Source of the DNA: a virus
Lineage: Duplodnaviria; Caudoviricetes
Virus record (IMG/VR): IMGVR_UViG_3300018495_000076
Coordinates: 32,001 to 96,000 of that record
DNA length: 64,000 bases
Strand: one strand, 5' to 3'
The position numbers and the translations under genes are program-made. Shown here piece by piece: positions 47,092 through 56,313 of the stretch (within the stretch, counting starts at the first letter, position 1; each line of letters opens with the position of its first letter). The notes under the pieces were generated by a model that searched no databases, was not told where the DNA came from, and saw only the letters and a list, made by a program, of their open reading frames with translations.

Positions 47092-47116
47092 AGCGGCGCT
47101 TAATGCCGTTTTTTTG
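47092..47116 (+). terminator. intrinsic terminator
   Basis: GCGGCG-CTTAA-TGCCGT plus T-tract. Confidence 0.6.
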
Positions 47117-47159
47117 TTATACAAACACTTTTAATTTAAGAAAGGAATGGATTTAAATT

Positions 47160-47666
47160 ATGGCTCAGGATATGAATTTAGATGTAAAGCATATTGTTGC
47201 TGAATCCACCAATATTTTAAGCACTAACTTTGGTGGCGGTCATATTTATAGTATCACTATTGGTGAAGACATGGATAATGGCCTTATTGTATGCAGAGAC
47301 GAGTATCTCGGTGATGAAACTTGGTCTGCTAAAGATTATGTTGCAGGTGAGGAACCTCTCTTCCTTCTTGCTCCCCCTATTGTTCCCTTTACTCAACTTA
47401 AGGGTTACGCAGATGAAGACAGATTTTACAACAAGAATGGCGACAGAGTTCGTGCATATACTCTTCGTGTAGGCGACAGAGTTTCTCTTTCTGAGAATGC
47501 TTTTGAGGTTGCTCCTTCTGTTGGTCAGTATGTAACTTATGATCCATCTGTAAAGCAGTATGCTGTTGGTGACGCAATTGACAGCACACAGTTATGTGCA
47601 CAGGTACTTACTAAGATTCCTCGTAGCAATCTTACTATGTACAAACTGCAGATTGTAAATCTTTAA
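47160..47666 (+). CDS. capsid decoration/cement-like protein
   Basis: between scaffold and capsid; high-expression codon bias. Confidence 0.6.
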   Translation: MAQDMNLDVKHIVAESTNILSTNFGGGHIYSITIGEDMDNGLIVCRDEYLGDETWSAKDYVAGEEPLFLLAPPIVPFTQLKGYADEDRFYNKNGDRVRAYTLRVGDRVSLSENAFEVAPSVGQYVTYDPSVKQYAVGDAIDSTQLCAQVLTKIPRSNLTMYKLQIVNL

Positions 47667-47693
47667 TTTTGTGGAAAAGGAGGATGAAATACT

Positions 47694-48809
47694 ATGGCTA
47701 AATTGATGAATTTTGACGCGCATGTTCGTGCAATTTTTGAAAACAACGAAGAAAAATTTGCTGGTTTTAATCAGCTTATGCTTAATGCGGCAGCAAACAA
47801 CTACGAAGAAGGCTTTACCGCTAAGGACGCTAATGAAAAAATTAGAAAGATTTTCAGACAGACAATCGGTGTTTCCGACACTGCTTCTAAACTTGAAGTG
47901 CGTAAGGCTATCAAGAAGAGAGAAAATGCAAACCGTCTTTTCGATCTTATTGAAGAACTTGTTCCTAACCTTCTTAAGACCGGTTGGGCAGAAAACCCTT
48001 TCTTCAGAGAATTTGTTGAAGAAAGATACCTTGATGAAGGTGACGAAAATATCTTCTATGCAGAAGACAACTCTGTTCTTACTGTAAGCAAGGTTTCTGG
48101 TTCTCACTGGGATCTTGACCGTCAGAGACTCGGTAAAGGCTCTAGCTTCTCTATCGAAACTTCTGAATACGGTATTGCTATTTACAGTGAATATGAAAAA
48201 CTTATCTGTGGTCTTGAAGACTTCTCTACATTTATTACCAAGATCTATGAAGCAATTGACAGATTCGTAAATGAAGCAATCTATCAGGCATTCCTTGATG
48301 CTGCAGAAAAACTTCCCGGTGGTGCGTCTGGTGCAGGTCAGTGGGTTAAGACTGGTCCGATCGATGACACAACTAGAAGCACTCTTGTTCAGCTCGTAGA
48401 AGATGTTCAGATGGCTACTGGCGCAAACGAAGTAGTTATTATGGGTACAAAGGCAGCACTTGCTAAAGTTACTGGTCTACAGAATGTAGAATGGATTTCC
48501 GAAGATATGAAGAAAGAACGTCACACAACTGGCAGAATTGGTATGTGGGAAGGCGTGCGTTTGGTGGAATTACGCAACGGATTCGTTCTTGGCGACACAA
48601 CTAAGAAACTTATCGACGATAAGATTCTATTCATTATGCCTGTTATGGACAACAAGTTCGTTAAACTTGTCAACAGAGGCGAAGATCAGCTTAGAGAAGT
48701 TCAGGATAAGACTCTTAACCAGGATATGACATATGATTACAGATATATGTTCCAGATGGGTGTTGGTGTTATTATCAACCTTATCTTCGGTGAATGGATT
48801 ATCGCGTAA
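47694..48809 (+). CDS. major capsid protein
   Basis: 371 aa, position, strongly biased codons. Confidence 0.82.
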   Translation: MAKLMNFDAHVRAIFENNEEKFAGFNQLMLNAAANNYEEGFTAKDANEKIRKIFRQTIGVSDTASKLEVRKAIKKRENANRLFDLIEELVPNLLKTGWAENPFFREFVEERYLDEGDENIFYAEDNSVLTVSKVSGSHWDLDRQRLGKGSSFSIETSEYGIAIYSEYEKLICGLEDFSTFITKIYEAIDRFVNEAIYQAFLDAAEKLPGGASGAGQWVKTGPIDDTTRSTLVQLVEDVQMATGANEVVIMGTKAALAKVTGLQNVEWISEDMKKERHTTGRIGMWEGVRLVELRNGFVLGDTTKKLIDDKILFIMPVMDNKFVKLVNRGEDQLREVQDKTLNQDMTYDYRYMFQMGVGVIINLIFGEWIIA

Positions 48810-48839
48810 TAAACATACAGATCAAAAGGAGAAATTATT

Positions 48840-49388
48840 ATGGCAAAAAACGATGTAGAAAAGATTGAATTAGATTTAGACGAAGAGAATGAAGTAAAAA
48901 TTGAAAAACCAAAGAAGTCTATTGCAAAGGCAATTAAAAAGTATGCGCCAAATGACATGATTTCTTGTCGTAGCATTACTTATGGTGAATTACTTCTTCC
49001 TGGTACGAAGTCCAAAATGTTATACACATGGGCTAACTACGGTGATAGAACGGATGTTGAGTTTCAAGATCTTCAGGCACTCAAGTCTACTAAATCTACT
49101 TATTTGTTTAAACCGAGATTTATTATCGAAGACGAAGAACTTGTTGAGCAGTGGCAAAATGATTTAGGTAAGATATACGATGATATTATTGCAACTGATG
49201 TTGAAGCATTGTTTAAACTTCCTACTGCACAGTTGAAAGCAAAACTTAAAAAAGCTCCAACTGGCATTCAGCAAGCAGTTAAAAATATTGCTGGCGAGAA
49301 AATTATGAATGGCACTCTTGATAGTTTGGCAAAAATTAAGGCAATTGACGAGATTTTAAATACGGATTTAAAACTTTACATTTCATAA
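48840..49388 (+). CDS. virion morphogenesis protein (hypothetical)
   Basis: synteny after the capsid gene. Confidence 0.6.
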   Translation: MAKNDVEKIELDLDEENEVKIEKPKKSIAKAIKKYAPNDMISCRSITYGELLLPGTKSKMLYTWANYGDRTDVEFQDLQALKSTKSTYLFKPRFIIEDEELVEQWQNDLGKIYDDIIATDVEALFKLPTAQLKAKLKKAPTGIQQAVKNIAGEKIMNGTLDSLAKIKAIDEILNTDLKLYIS

Positions 49389-49405
49389 TTTGGAGGTGAA
49401 CCTAT

Positions 49406-49828
49406 ATGGGTACTCCATATGAAAAACTGTATAATCGTGCGTTAGCACAGATTACGGATCCTCTGCTTGCACAATTGCCAGAAGAGGATTTGGAAAACAT
49501 GCTCCATGATTGGCTGATGGATGCAATTGTAGAACCTGTTATTGGTGAATATGATTTTTCAGATAGGGATGATAAATTAAAACAATTCAATTTTGATATC
49601 TCTGAACGAGATCAGAAAATCTTATCTATTCATATGGTAAGAGGATGGCTTGCTCCCCAGATCAGATCTGTTACATTAACAAGTCAAGTATTTGGTGGCA
49701 AAGAAGAAAAATTCTATGCCCAAGCCAACCAATTAGCAGAAATGAGAGCGCTTGACGCAGACCTTCAGCGTCAGGCGGACTTGCTTTTCTGTCGTGGAAC
49801 ATATTTGAAGAATGACTTTTTTGATTGA
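49406..49828 (+). CDS. head-tail adaptor-like protein
   Basis: MGTPYEKLY... start, size and position. Confidence 0.6.
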   Translation: MGTPYEKLYNRALAQITDPLLAQLPEEDLENMLHDWLMDAIVEPVIGEYDFSDRDDKLKQFNFDISERDQKILSIHMVRGWLAPQIRSVTLTSQVFGGKEEKFYAQANQLAEMRALDADLQRQADLLFCRGTYLKNDFFD

Positions 49829-49839
49829 GGTGCATTATA

Positions 49840-50142
49840 ATGGGAAATATTTATAAAAATGTACCGTCGAATCAGATTGAAAAACAAAAGTGCTACTTTT
49901 ATGGTAGCCTTGTAGATTTACTCTACAAAAGGGAGGAAGGCTATCCTATGATGGACGCCAGAATCCAAAGCTTGATAAATCAAATAATGGGCAGTAATGC
50001 TCTTTTTAACTTTCAAGCAGAAATTCTTACCATTGTAAGTAATTTGGAAACGGCTCGAAGAGACCCATCTCAGTTCCGTAAATGTATTCTAGACGCCGCA
50101 AATTTAGTGAACAAACTCAAGGGTGGTGCGTTGGATGTTTGA
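49840..50142 (+). CDS. hypothetical neck-region protein
   Basis: ORF with SD. Confidence 0.6.
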   Translation: MGNIYKNVPSNQIEKQKCYFYGSLVDLLYKREEGYPMMDARIQSLINQIMGSNALFNFQAEILTIVSNLETARRDPSQFRKCILDAANLVNKLKGGALDV

Positions 50143-51202
50143 GTCTTATAAAAATCGTATGACAATGCACGGAACTACTATGAGTGAAGTGTTGAGAAAA
50201 CAATCTCATAGCATAATTGAGTATACATGGGACAGAGATCCAAATTATCGGCAAGTTTATGTGGTAAAGGTTAACAGTGGTTTACCAGAAGTTACATCAG
50301 AACATAAGTTAATTGATGCAAAGTTTAATATTAAAACTTATTCTAATATCACATCAGACGAGCCATCTTATTTGTTACAATTTCGATATGGCGAAGAAAA
50401 GCGTCATTCAGAGATTGACATAGGAAGTTATGTTTATATACAAGATGAAGATGGTGAGTGGAAATGGTGGATGATTCAACATTTAGATGAACGTCCAGAT
50501 TTTAGACAGTATCAAATTTTAGAATGTAATTATACATTTAGGTGGGTTACTGATGGTAAGATTTATAGTTGTTTAGGTATACAACGAGTACAGCAAAGTT
50601 ACAATAGCGGCTCGTGGGATGGTGATAGATTCACATTTGTGGACAATATTACATCTGCTATCTTGCCAACTAATAACGACACTCTTACAATAGGTTATAA
50701 TCATAGATTTATGATTACAGACCCGAGACGAGTTGTACCTCTTGTGTGGACAGTTTCTAAAATTGAAGACTCGACACCAATTGGCATAACAGAGTTGAAG
50801 TTTACACAAGAAACATACTCACCCACGTTGGATAATAAAGAATTGATGTTGTGTAATTATTATAATTCGCCAATCGCACCAGAAATCATTGATGCGGATA
50901 CAGAATTAAAAACAAATGCAGCCATTACTTATAATGGAACTACTCCAACCATTAAAGTTGGAGGTAGTTGGAAAGTGTTTACACCTGTTTTTTATAATGA
51001 AGCTGTAACAGTTGATCGTTGGACAATTAGTGATGAAAACGGAGATATTTCTGCAGATACTACAAATTATACCGTTGAGAACGATGGCATAAAACTTAAA
51101 CTAAAGGTTGCTTGCAATTATTATCTCATTGGTAAAGTTTTAATTGTGCAAGTATTTGGCTCAGACGGCAGTATGGCCGAATTGAAAGTCGAGGTGGTCT
51201 AA
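50135..51202 (+). CDS. head-closure/stopper-like protein with C-terminal Ig-like extension
   Basis: synteny; beta-rich C-terminus. Confidence 0.55.
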   Translation: MFESYKNRMTMHGTTMSEVLRKQSHSIIEYTWDRDPNYRQVYVVKVNSGLPEVTSEHKLIDAKFNIKTYSNITSDEPSYLLQFRYGEEKRHSEIDIGSYVYIQDEDGEWKWWMIQHLDERPDFRQYQILECNYTFRWVTDGKIYSCLGIQRVQQSYNSGSWDGDRFTFVDNITSAILPTNNDTLTIGYNHRFMITDPRRVVPLVWTVSKIEDSTPIGITELKFTQETYSPTLDNKELMLCNYYNSPIAPEIIDADTELKTNAAITYNGTTPTIKVGGSWKVFTPVFYNEAVTVDRWTISDENGDISADTTNYTVENDGIKLKLKVACNYYLIGKVLIVQVFGSDGSMAELKVEVV

Positions 51203-51203
51203 T

Positions 51204-51737
51204 ATGGTACGTGATATACAAAAAATTGAAGATGATATCGTGAAAAAGAAACGTAAAATTGAACAAGTTTTATATTCAGATCCAGATATTATTGAAATTT
51301 TAGATAACACCGAACTAGATCCATCTTGCCCAGAGGATTATATTAATAAAAATATTTTTGGGTTTTTGAGAATACCTGGCACACAAGATGTATCTAAAAA
51401 TTTCATTACATTCACTGTTGACGATATTGAACTATCATCTAGCAATAGAGTAATGAAAAATCAATTTATTCAATTTGTTATTTTTGTTCACAAAGATTTG
51501 ATAAATACTAACTATGGAATATATAGACACGATTTGCTTGGATATTTAATTAGAGATATTTTTCATTTGTCAAATGTTCTTGGCCCTCAAATGGAACTAG
51601 TATCTAATCGTGAGGGTGTAACAGACTCTGATTATCATACTCGTACATTGAGGTTTGAACTTGTTGATGATAATTCTACTAAACCATTCCGTACAAATCA
51701 ATATGAATATGATTATATTGTAGGACATAGGAGATAA
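51204..51737 (+). CDS. tail terminator-like protein
   Basis: synteny; size. Confidence 0.55.
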   Translation: MVRDIQKIEDDIVKKKRKIEQVLYSDPDIIEILDNTELDPSCPEDYINKNIFGFLRIPGTQDVSKNFITFTVDDIELSSSNRVMKNQFIQFVIFVHKDLINTNYGIYRHDLLGYLIRDIFHLSNVLGPQMELVSNREGVTDSDYHTRTLRFELVDDNSTKPFRTNQYEYDYIVGHRR

Positions 51738-51740
51738 CTT

Positions 51741-52535
51741 ATGGAAGGTTATCAAGTAGATGAATTAAAATTATATCTTGGTTCTAATATTAAAATAGCC
51801 AATGGAATTACACTATATCAACCAACAATTGGTGAAATTGCAAATTACAATGAATCTGAATATTTTAGTATGGCTCAAACTTTATGTGCAACACCTTCTT
51901 CAATGAAGGTGGCATTGGATGATATGCATTTGGATTATATGGAAGTTAAAGATTTTCAATTGTTTCAAATGCTGTGTCAGTCATTGACTCCTGATAAAAC
52001 CAGACCTCTTCTCGGAGATTTAGATTTAACAAAGTTTAAACTTTATTCAGACAGAGAAACTGGAGAAATTTTTTTGTCTAACGGAGAGATTGATGAAAAT
52101 GGTAACCCTATTAAAATCAATGAAATCATCTATGAAATATTAGTCACTTATATTCGTAAGATGCATGGGTTTAAGAAACAGGTTGAAAAAGCAGGCAACG
52201 CAATTACACGTAAAGTTCTTATTGATGAAGATAGAAAGGCGGCGCAAAGAAATAAGGATAAACCTTATAAGTCGTTTTTAGTACCACTTATATCTTCATT
52301 ACAGGGACGACAATCATATACTAAAGATTATATTTGCAATATGGGTCTTTATGAATTTATGAATCAAATTGCTCGCACTCAAATAATTGTACAAGCCGAT
52401 GCCGCATTAGGTGGTATGTATTCTGGTTTTGTGGATACAAAAAAAATGGACAAAACCATTCTAGATTGGACTCGTGATATATCAGAAGAGTCCAAAACAA
52501 ACAATAAAACAGTTCTTAATGAAGGCGCTAATTAA
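51741..52535 (+). CDS. tail-region protein (possible assembly chaperone)
   Basis: synteny. Confidence 0.5.
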   Translation: MEGYQVDELKLYLGSNIKIANGITLYQPTIGEIANYNESEYFSMAQTLCATPSSMKVALDDMHLDYMEVKDFQLFQMLCQSLTPDKTRPLLGDLDLTKFKLYSDRETGEIFLSNGEIDENGNPIKINEIIYEILVTYIRKMHGFKKQVEKAGNAITRKVLIDEDRKAAQRNKDKPYKSFLVPLISSLQGRQSYTKDYICNMGLYEFMNQIARTQIIVQADAALGGMYSGFVDTKKMDKTILDWTRDISEESKTNNKTVLNEGAN

Positions 52536-52586
52536 TAGCGTTTTTTATATTAAAAAATAATTTTTATTTTAATGGAGGAAAATATT

Positions 52587-53321
52587 ATGGCTCAATACGC
52601 ACTTGATAGAGTACTTAGCGTAGCTGGTACTGAAGTAACAGAAGACAATACTGGTAAGGTTCTTTTTCTTGCTGATCAGATCGTTGACCCTAGCCTTTCT
52701 TTTACAAGCGAAACAGAAGACATCGTTGATGCAATGAACAACGTTGTTATGGTTCTTGAAAACGGTCGTGGTGCAACTTTCTCTGCAAGCAATGCTTTCT
52801 TTAACACATCCATTCTTGCCGCACAGGTTGGTAGCGAAGTTTCTAGTGAAGAAACCTCTATCACAAAATACGACATTGTTAAACTTACAGAAGATGGTAA
52901 AGCTAAAATTACAGCTACCGCAACAGGCACATCTGCACAGGTATATAAACTTACTACTGACGGAAGTTTGACAACTGCAGCACCCGTAAAAGCTACCGTT
53001 GCAGATAAGGTAGTTACTATTGAAGGTGGCAAAAAAGATGATAGATATCTTATTACTTACACTGCTACCATTACCCCTACGGAAAAAATTACAGCATTGG
53101 CTGACGCAAAAAACAAACTCATGAATATTACAGCTGAAGTTCTTCTCAAAGAACTTTGCCACGAAACTCTTCACTATGCTTATATCGTTATGAAGGGTAA
53201 ACTCTCTGGAGAAGCTGAATGGTCTATGACTCGTGACGGCAATCACGCTTTCGAAATTAGATGTTTCCCTGAATATTGCGGCGACAAGAAACTCGTTGAC
53301 ATAATTATTGTTAAGGGCTAA
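52587..53321 (+). CDS. major tail (tube) protein
   Basis: high-expression codon bias, Thr/Ala-rich, own terminator. Confidence 0.65.
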   Translation: MAQYALDRVLSVAGTEVTEDNTGKVLFLADQIVDPSLSFTSETEDIVDAMNNVVMVLENGRGATFSASNAFFNTSILAAQVGSEVSSEETSITKYDIVKLTEDGKAKITATATGTSAQVYKLTTDGSLTTAAPVKATVADKVVTIEGGKKDDRYLITYTATITPTEKITALADAKNKLMNITAEVLLKELCHETLHYAYIVMKGKLSGEAEWSMTRDGNHAFEIRCFPEYCGDKKLVDIIIVKG

Positions 53322-53340
53322 TAATTAAAAATAATGTGTT

Positions 53341-53363
53341 GGGCGGTTTATAAACCGCCCTTT
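53341..53363 (+). terminator. intrinsic terminator
   Basis: GGGCGGTTT-AT-AAACCGCCC-TTT. Confidence 0.65.
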
Positions 53364-53387
53364 GCATTTATATTAGGAGTGGGACAT

Positions 53388-53588
53388 ATGAAGAAATATA
53401 CGTGTAAACAATGTGGTTATGTATATGAATATTGCAGAGGATGTTTGCTGTCCCCTATTCCGTATAAAGAAAATGGATTCTGCAGCAAAACATGTGAGAA
53501 CACATTTAAAAATAAACAAAAAGAAGTTATCTCAACAAGAGATGTAGAAGTAGTTATTAAATATGATAAGGATATGACTATTTCATAA
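53388..53588 (+). CDS. small Cys-rich protein
   Basis: CKQCG..YCRGC...FCSKTC. Confidence 0.7.
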   Translation: MKKYTCKQCGYVYEYCRGCLLSPIPYKENGFCSKTCENTFKNKQKEVISTRDVEVVIKYDKDMTIS

Positions 53589-53639
53589 AACGAATTAGCA
53601 TATCCTTATTTTTTTTTCACAAAAGGAGAAGATTTTAAA

Positions 53640-53861
53640 ATGATAACAAGTAAAATTACAGGAAAAACATATGATCCTAGTACTGCTGTTTACATTACAA
53701 ATCCTATTCAATGCCAGCGATACTTTAAATTTCTTGGAGATGAATTGTTTTTAGATATATTATTTACGTCTAAGAAAAGAGAAGACGCATTAGTGTTTGT
53801 ATGGGAAAGATGTGAAGCAACAAAACAAGCAAAGTCCTTGTGGGATCAACATATACTATAA
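53640..53861 (+). CDS. hypothetical protein
   Basis: ORF with SD. Confidence 0.7.
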   Translation: MITSKITGKTYDPSTAVYITNPIQCQRYFKFLGDELFLDILFTSKKREDALVFVWERCEATKQAKSLWDQHIL

Positions 53862-53890
53862 ATAATTTTTACAGAAAGGAGATGACGGAT

Positions 53891-54640
53891 GTGCTGATAC
53901 TAGAATTCTCAGTTAAAAATCAACGTTTAAGTAGATATACATCTGGTATCGTAGCGTCAAACAGCTATGGTTACTTAAAATTTAAGTTTAATTTTACAAC
54001 TAACGATTGGCAAACTGCTTCTGTAAAAATGGCAAATTTTACTTATAATGGTCGCAATTATCCAGTTTTGATCGATGAAAATAATATTTGCTCAGTTCCA
54101 AGTGAAGTCATTAAAGTTCCAGAATTTAGAGTTAGTGTTTTTGGTGGTGGCATTACTACCAATACAGTTAAAATTCCAGTTGAAAATAGCAACGCTTCTG
54201 ATGAAGATGGCGAAAGCGTATCTGTTCAATATTATAACGAAATTATTAATAAACTTTCTGCGACAATTGATGAATTGAAAGAAACAAAAGCTGATAATAT
54301 TATTGTTGACGAATCAACGAATACAATTCAACTTTCCGCAAATGGAAATCCTATTGGAGATACGGTTGATTTGCATAGTTGCGGCATTAAGAGTTTTGAA
54401 GTTGATGATAATGATAATATTACTATTACTTTAATTGATGACAGAATTATTAATCTTGGACAAATTATTGGTGCGTCAAGTGTAACTTTTGTCCCTCATA
54501 TTGACGATCACAAGATTCTTACATGGACGAACAATGGCGGACTCGAAAACCCTGCACCTGTTGACCTTAATCCATATGATGAATGGTCTGAAACAGGCGA
54601 AGAGGTTACGTCTGAATATATTTGGGAATCCATGGCATAA
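53891..54640 (+). CDS. virion appendage/baseplate-upper-like protein
   Basis: beta-rich N-terminus; LTWTNNGGLENP motif; GTG start chosen by SD. Confidence 0.55.
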   Translation: MLILEFSVKNQRLSRYTSGIVASNSYGYLKFKFNFTTNDWQTASVKMANFTYNGRNYPVLIDENNICSVPSEVIKVPEFRVSVFGGGITTNTVKIPVENSNASDEDGESVSVQYYNEIINKLSATIDELKETKADNIIVDESTNTIQLSANGNPIGDTVDLHSCGIKSFEVDDNDNITITLIDDRIINLGQIIGASSVTFVPHIDDHKILTWTNNGGLENPAPVDLNPYDEWSETGEEVTSEYIWESMA

Positions 54641-54696
54641 TTTTTTGATATAGATATAGTTCTATATATAAATTATTAAAGAAAGGAGATGGTAAA

Positions 54697-56250
54697 ATGG
54701 CTCAGAATGTGAGATTTTTTAAAGGTACTAAGGCGCAATATTTATCATTAAGTACGCCTCGTAATCAAGACGCGCTTTATTTCTGTCTTGACACTCAAGA
54801 ACTGTACCTCGGTGATCTTTTGCTCTCAGACGGTATTCGTGTAATACCAACTAGAGACGATCTGCCAGACTTGTCTTGCGCAGCAGATGGTATTTTATAC
54901 TATGTACATGATAGTCATAACGGTTATATGGTTTCGCCAGATAGAACCGAATGGATTCAAACTATTTATGCACCAGCAATTGACGCATACGAAGTTCCAG
55001 ATGACGAAATTTATAATACCGTAACCACAGTTGGCGCAGTAAGAGACATCGAAGCGAAGATTTACAAGAGAATCGATGAAGTTACGAATAATGCTCTTAG
55101 TGCTTTAACACCTGTAGATGGCACTATTAAAATTGCAGATACTGAAAGCGGTGGCAAATCCATTGGTGTTGCGATTGCCCCAGTTGAGGGCAACTCTCTC
55201 GTTGCGGTCGAGGGTGGTCTTTTTGTACCCACTGTGGTTGTTCCTGAATATTCTATTGAAAAGCAGGACACAGCAGAAGCAGGATACTCAGCAAGCTACA
55301 GACTGAAAAAGACAGTCGGTGATGAAATTTCCTATGTTGGTGATACAATCAATATCGCCAAAGATATGGTTCTTCAAAGTGCTACACTTGAGACTGTTGA
55401 AGAAACAGATATGCCTTATGCTGGCGCAGTTGTAGGTGATCCTTACATTAAGATGGTTTTCAATGATGAAAATACATCGAATCTCTACATTCCTGTTAAA
55501 GGACTTGTAGATAAATTTGAAGCAGGCTCTGGCATTGAAATTATTGACAATGTAATTTCTGTTAAACTTGCCGCAAATACTCATGGTTTAGTTGCTGTTG
55601 ACGGTGCTTTGGCAATTAACCTTGCTACTAAAGATTCTGATGGTGCTATGTCTAAGGAAGATAAACGTATCCTTGACGCAATTCCTTCTGTTTATGTAGC
55701 ACGCAAGTATGATATTTCTGGCACTCCAAAGGGCACTCTTGTAAACTATGGTGAGAAAGAAATTCGCGTGATGTGTCCAGCCGACTCTAAGTTTGAAAAA
55801 CAGGCTGTTGGTGTAGGCGGTGACGCCAATACTTACTATATGACATTTAAGACTTATGCACCACAAGGTGCAGTTGGCTATAAAGAGCACCTTGGTAACC
55901 AGTCTGATAACGAAATTTTAACTGACTTAAAGACCGACGAACATGGTCGTAGATATCAGCCTACTTGGTTAGGTATTGCCAAGCTTGATGAGGTTACTAG
56001 CACCTGGTCTTATTATGGTAAAAATTCATCGGTTGAGAAGTATATCGGTTGGGATTATCGAATTGATTGGTTTGATGCGAATAATGTAATGATTGCGACA
56101 GATTCTATTCGCATTAATCTTAGTAATGAAGATTGTCACAATAATATTAAGCCTTATTATATGGCTAACTTTGCTACTTCTGAGGAAGTGGCTGCGCTTA
56201 AAGAATCTATTGCTAATGCAGAAGATTCATACACTTGGTGCGAAATGTAA
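54697..56250 (+). CDS. fibre/appendage protein 1
   Basis: shared N-terminal F.KG...ALYF..D module. Confidence 0.6.
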   Translation: MAQNVRFFKGTKAQYLSLSTPRNQDALYFCLDTQELYLGDLLLSDGIRVIPTRDDLPDLSCAADGILYYVHDSHNGYMVSPDRTEWIQTIYAPAIDAYEVPDDEIYNTVTTVGAVRDIEAKIYKRIDEVTNNALSALTPVDGTIKIADTESGGKSIGVAIAPVEGNSLVAVEGGLFVPTVVVPEYSIEKQDTAEAGYSASYRLKKTVGDEISYVGDTINIAKDMVLQSATLETVEETDMPYAGAVVGDPYIKMVFNDENTSNLYIPVKGLVDKFEAGSGIEIIDNVISVKLAANTHGLVAVDGALAINLATKDSDGAMSKEDKRILDAIPSVYVARKYDISGTPKGTLVNYGEKEIRVMCPADSKFEKQAVGVGGDANTYYMTFKTYAPQGAVGYKEHLGNQSDNEILTDLKTDEHGRRYQPTWLGIAKLDEVTSTWSYYGKNSSVEKYIGWDYRIDWFDANNVMIATDSIRINLSNEDCHNNIKPYYMANFATSEEVAALKESIANAEDSYTWCEM

Positions 56251-56313
56251 TAAGAAAAATATAAAAGATATATAAATAATAATTAAAATTTTTATTTCTA
56301 GGAGGAAATAATT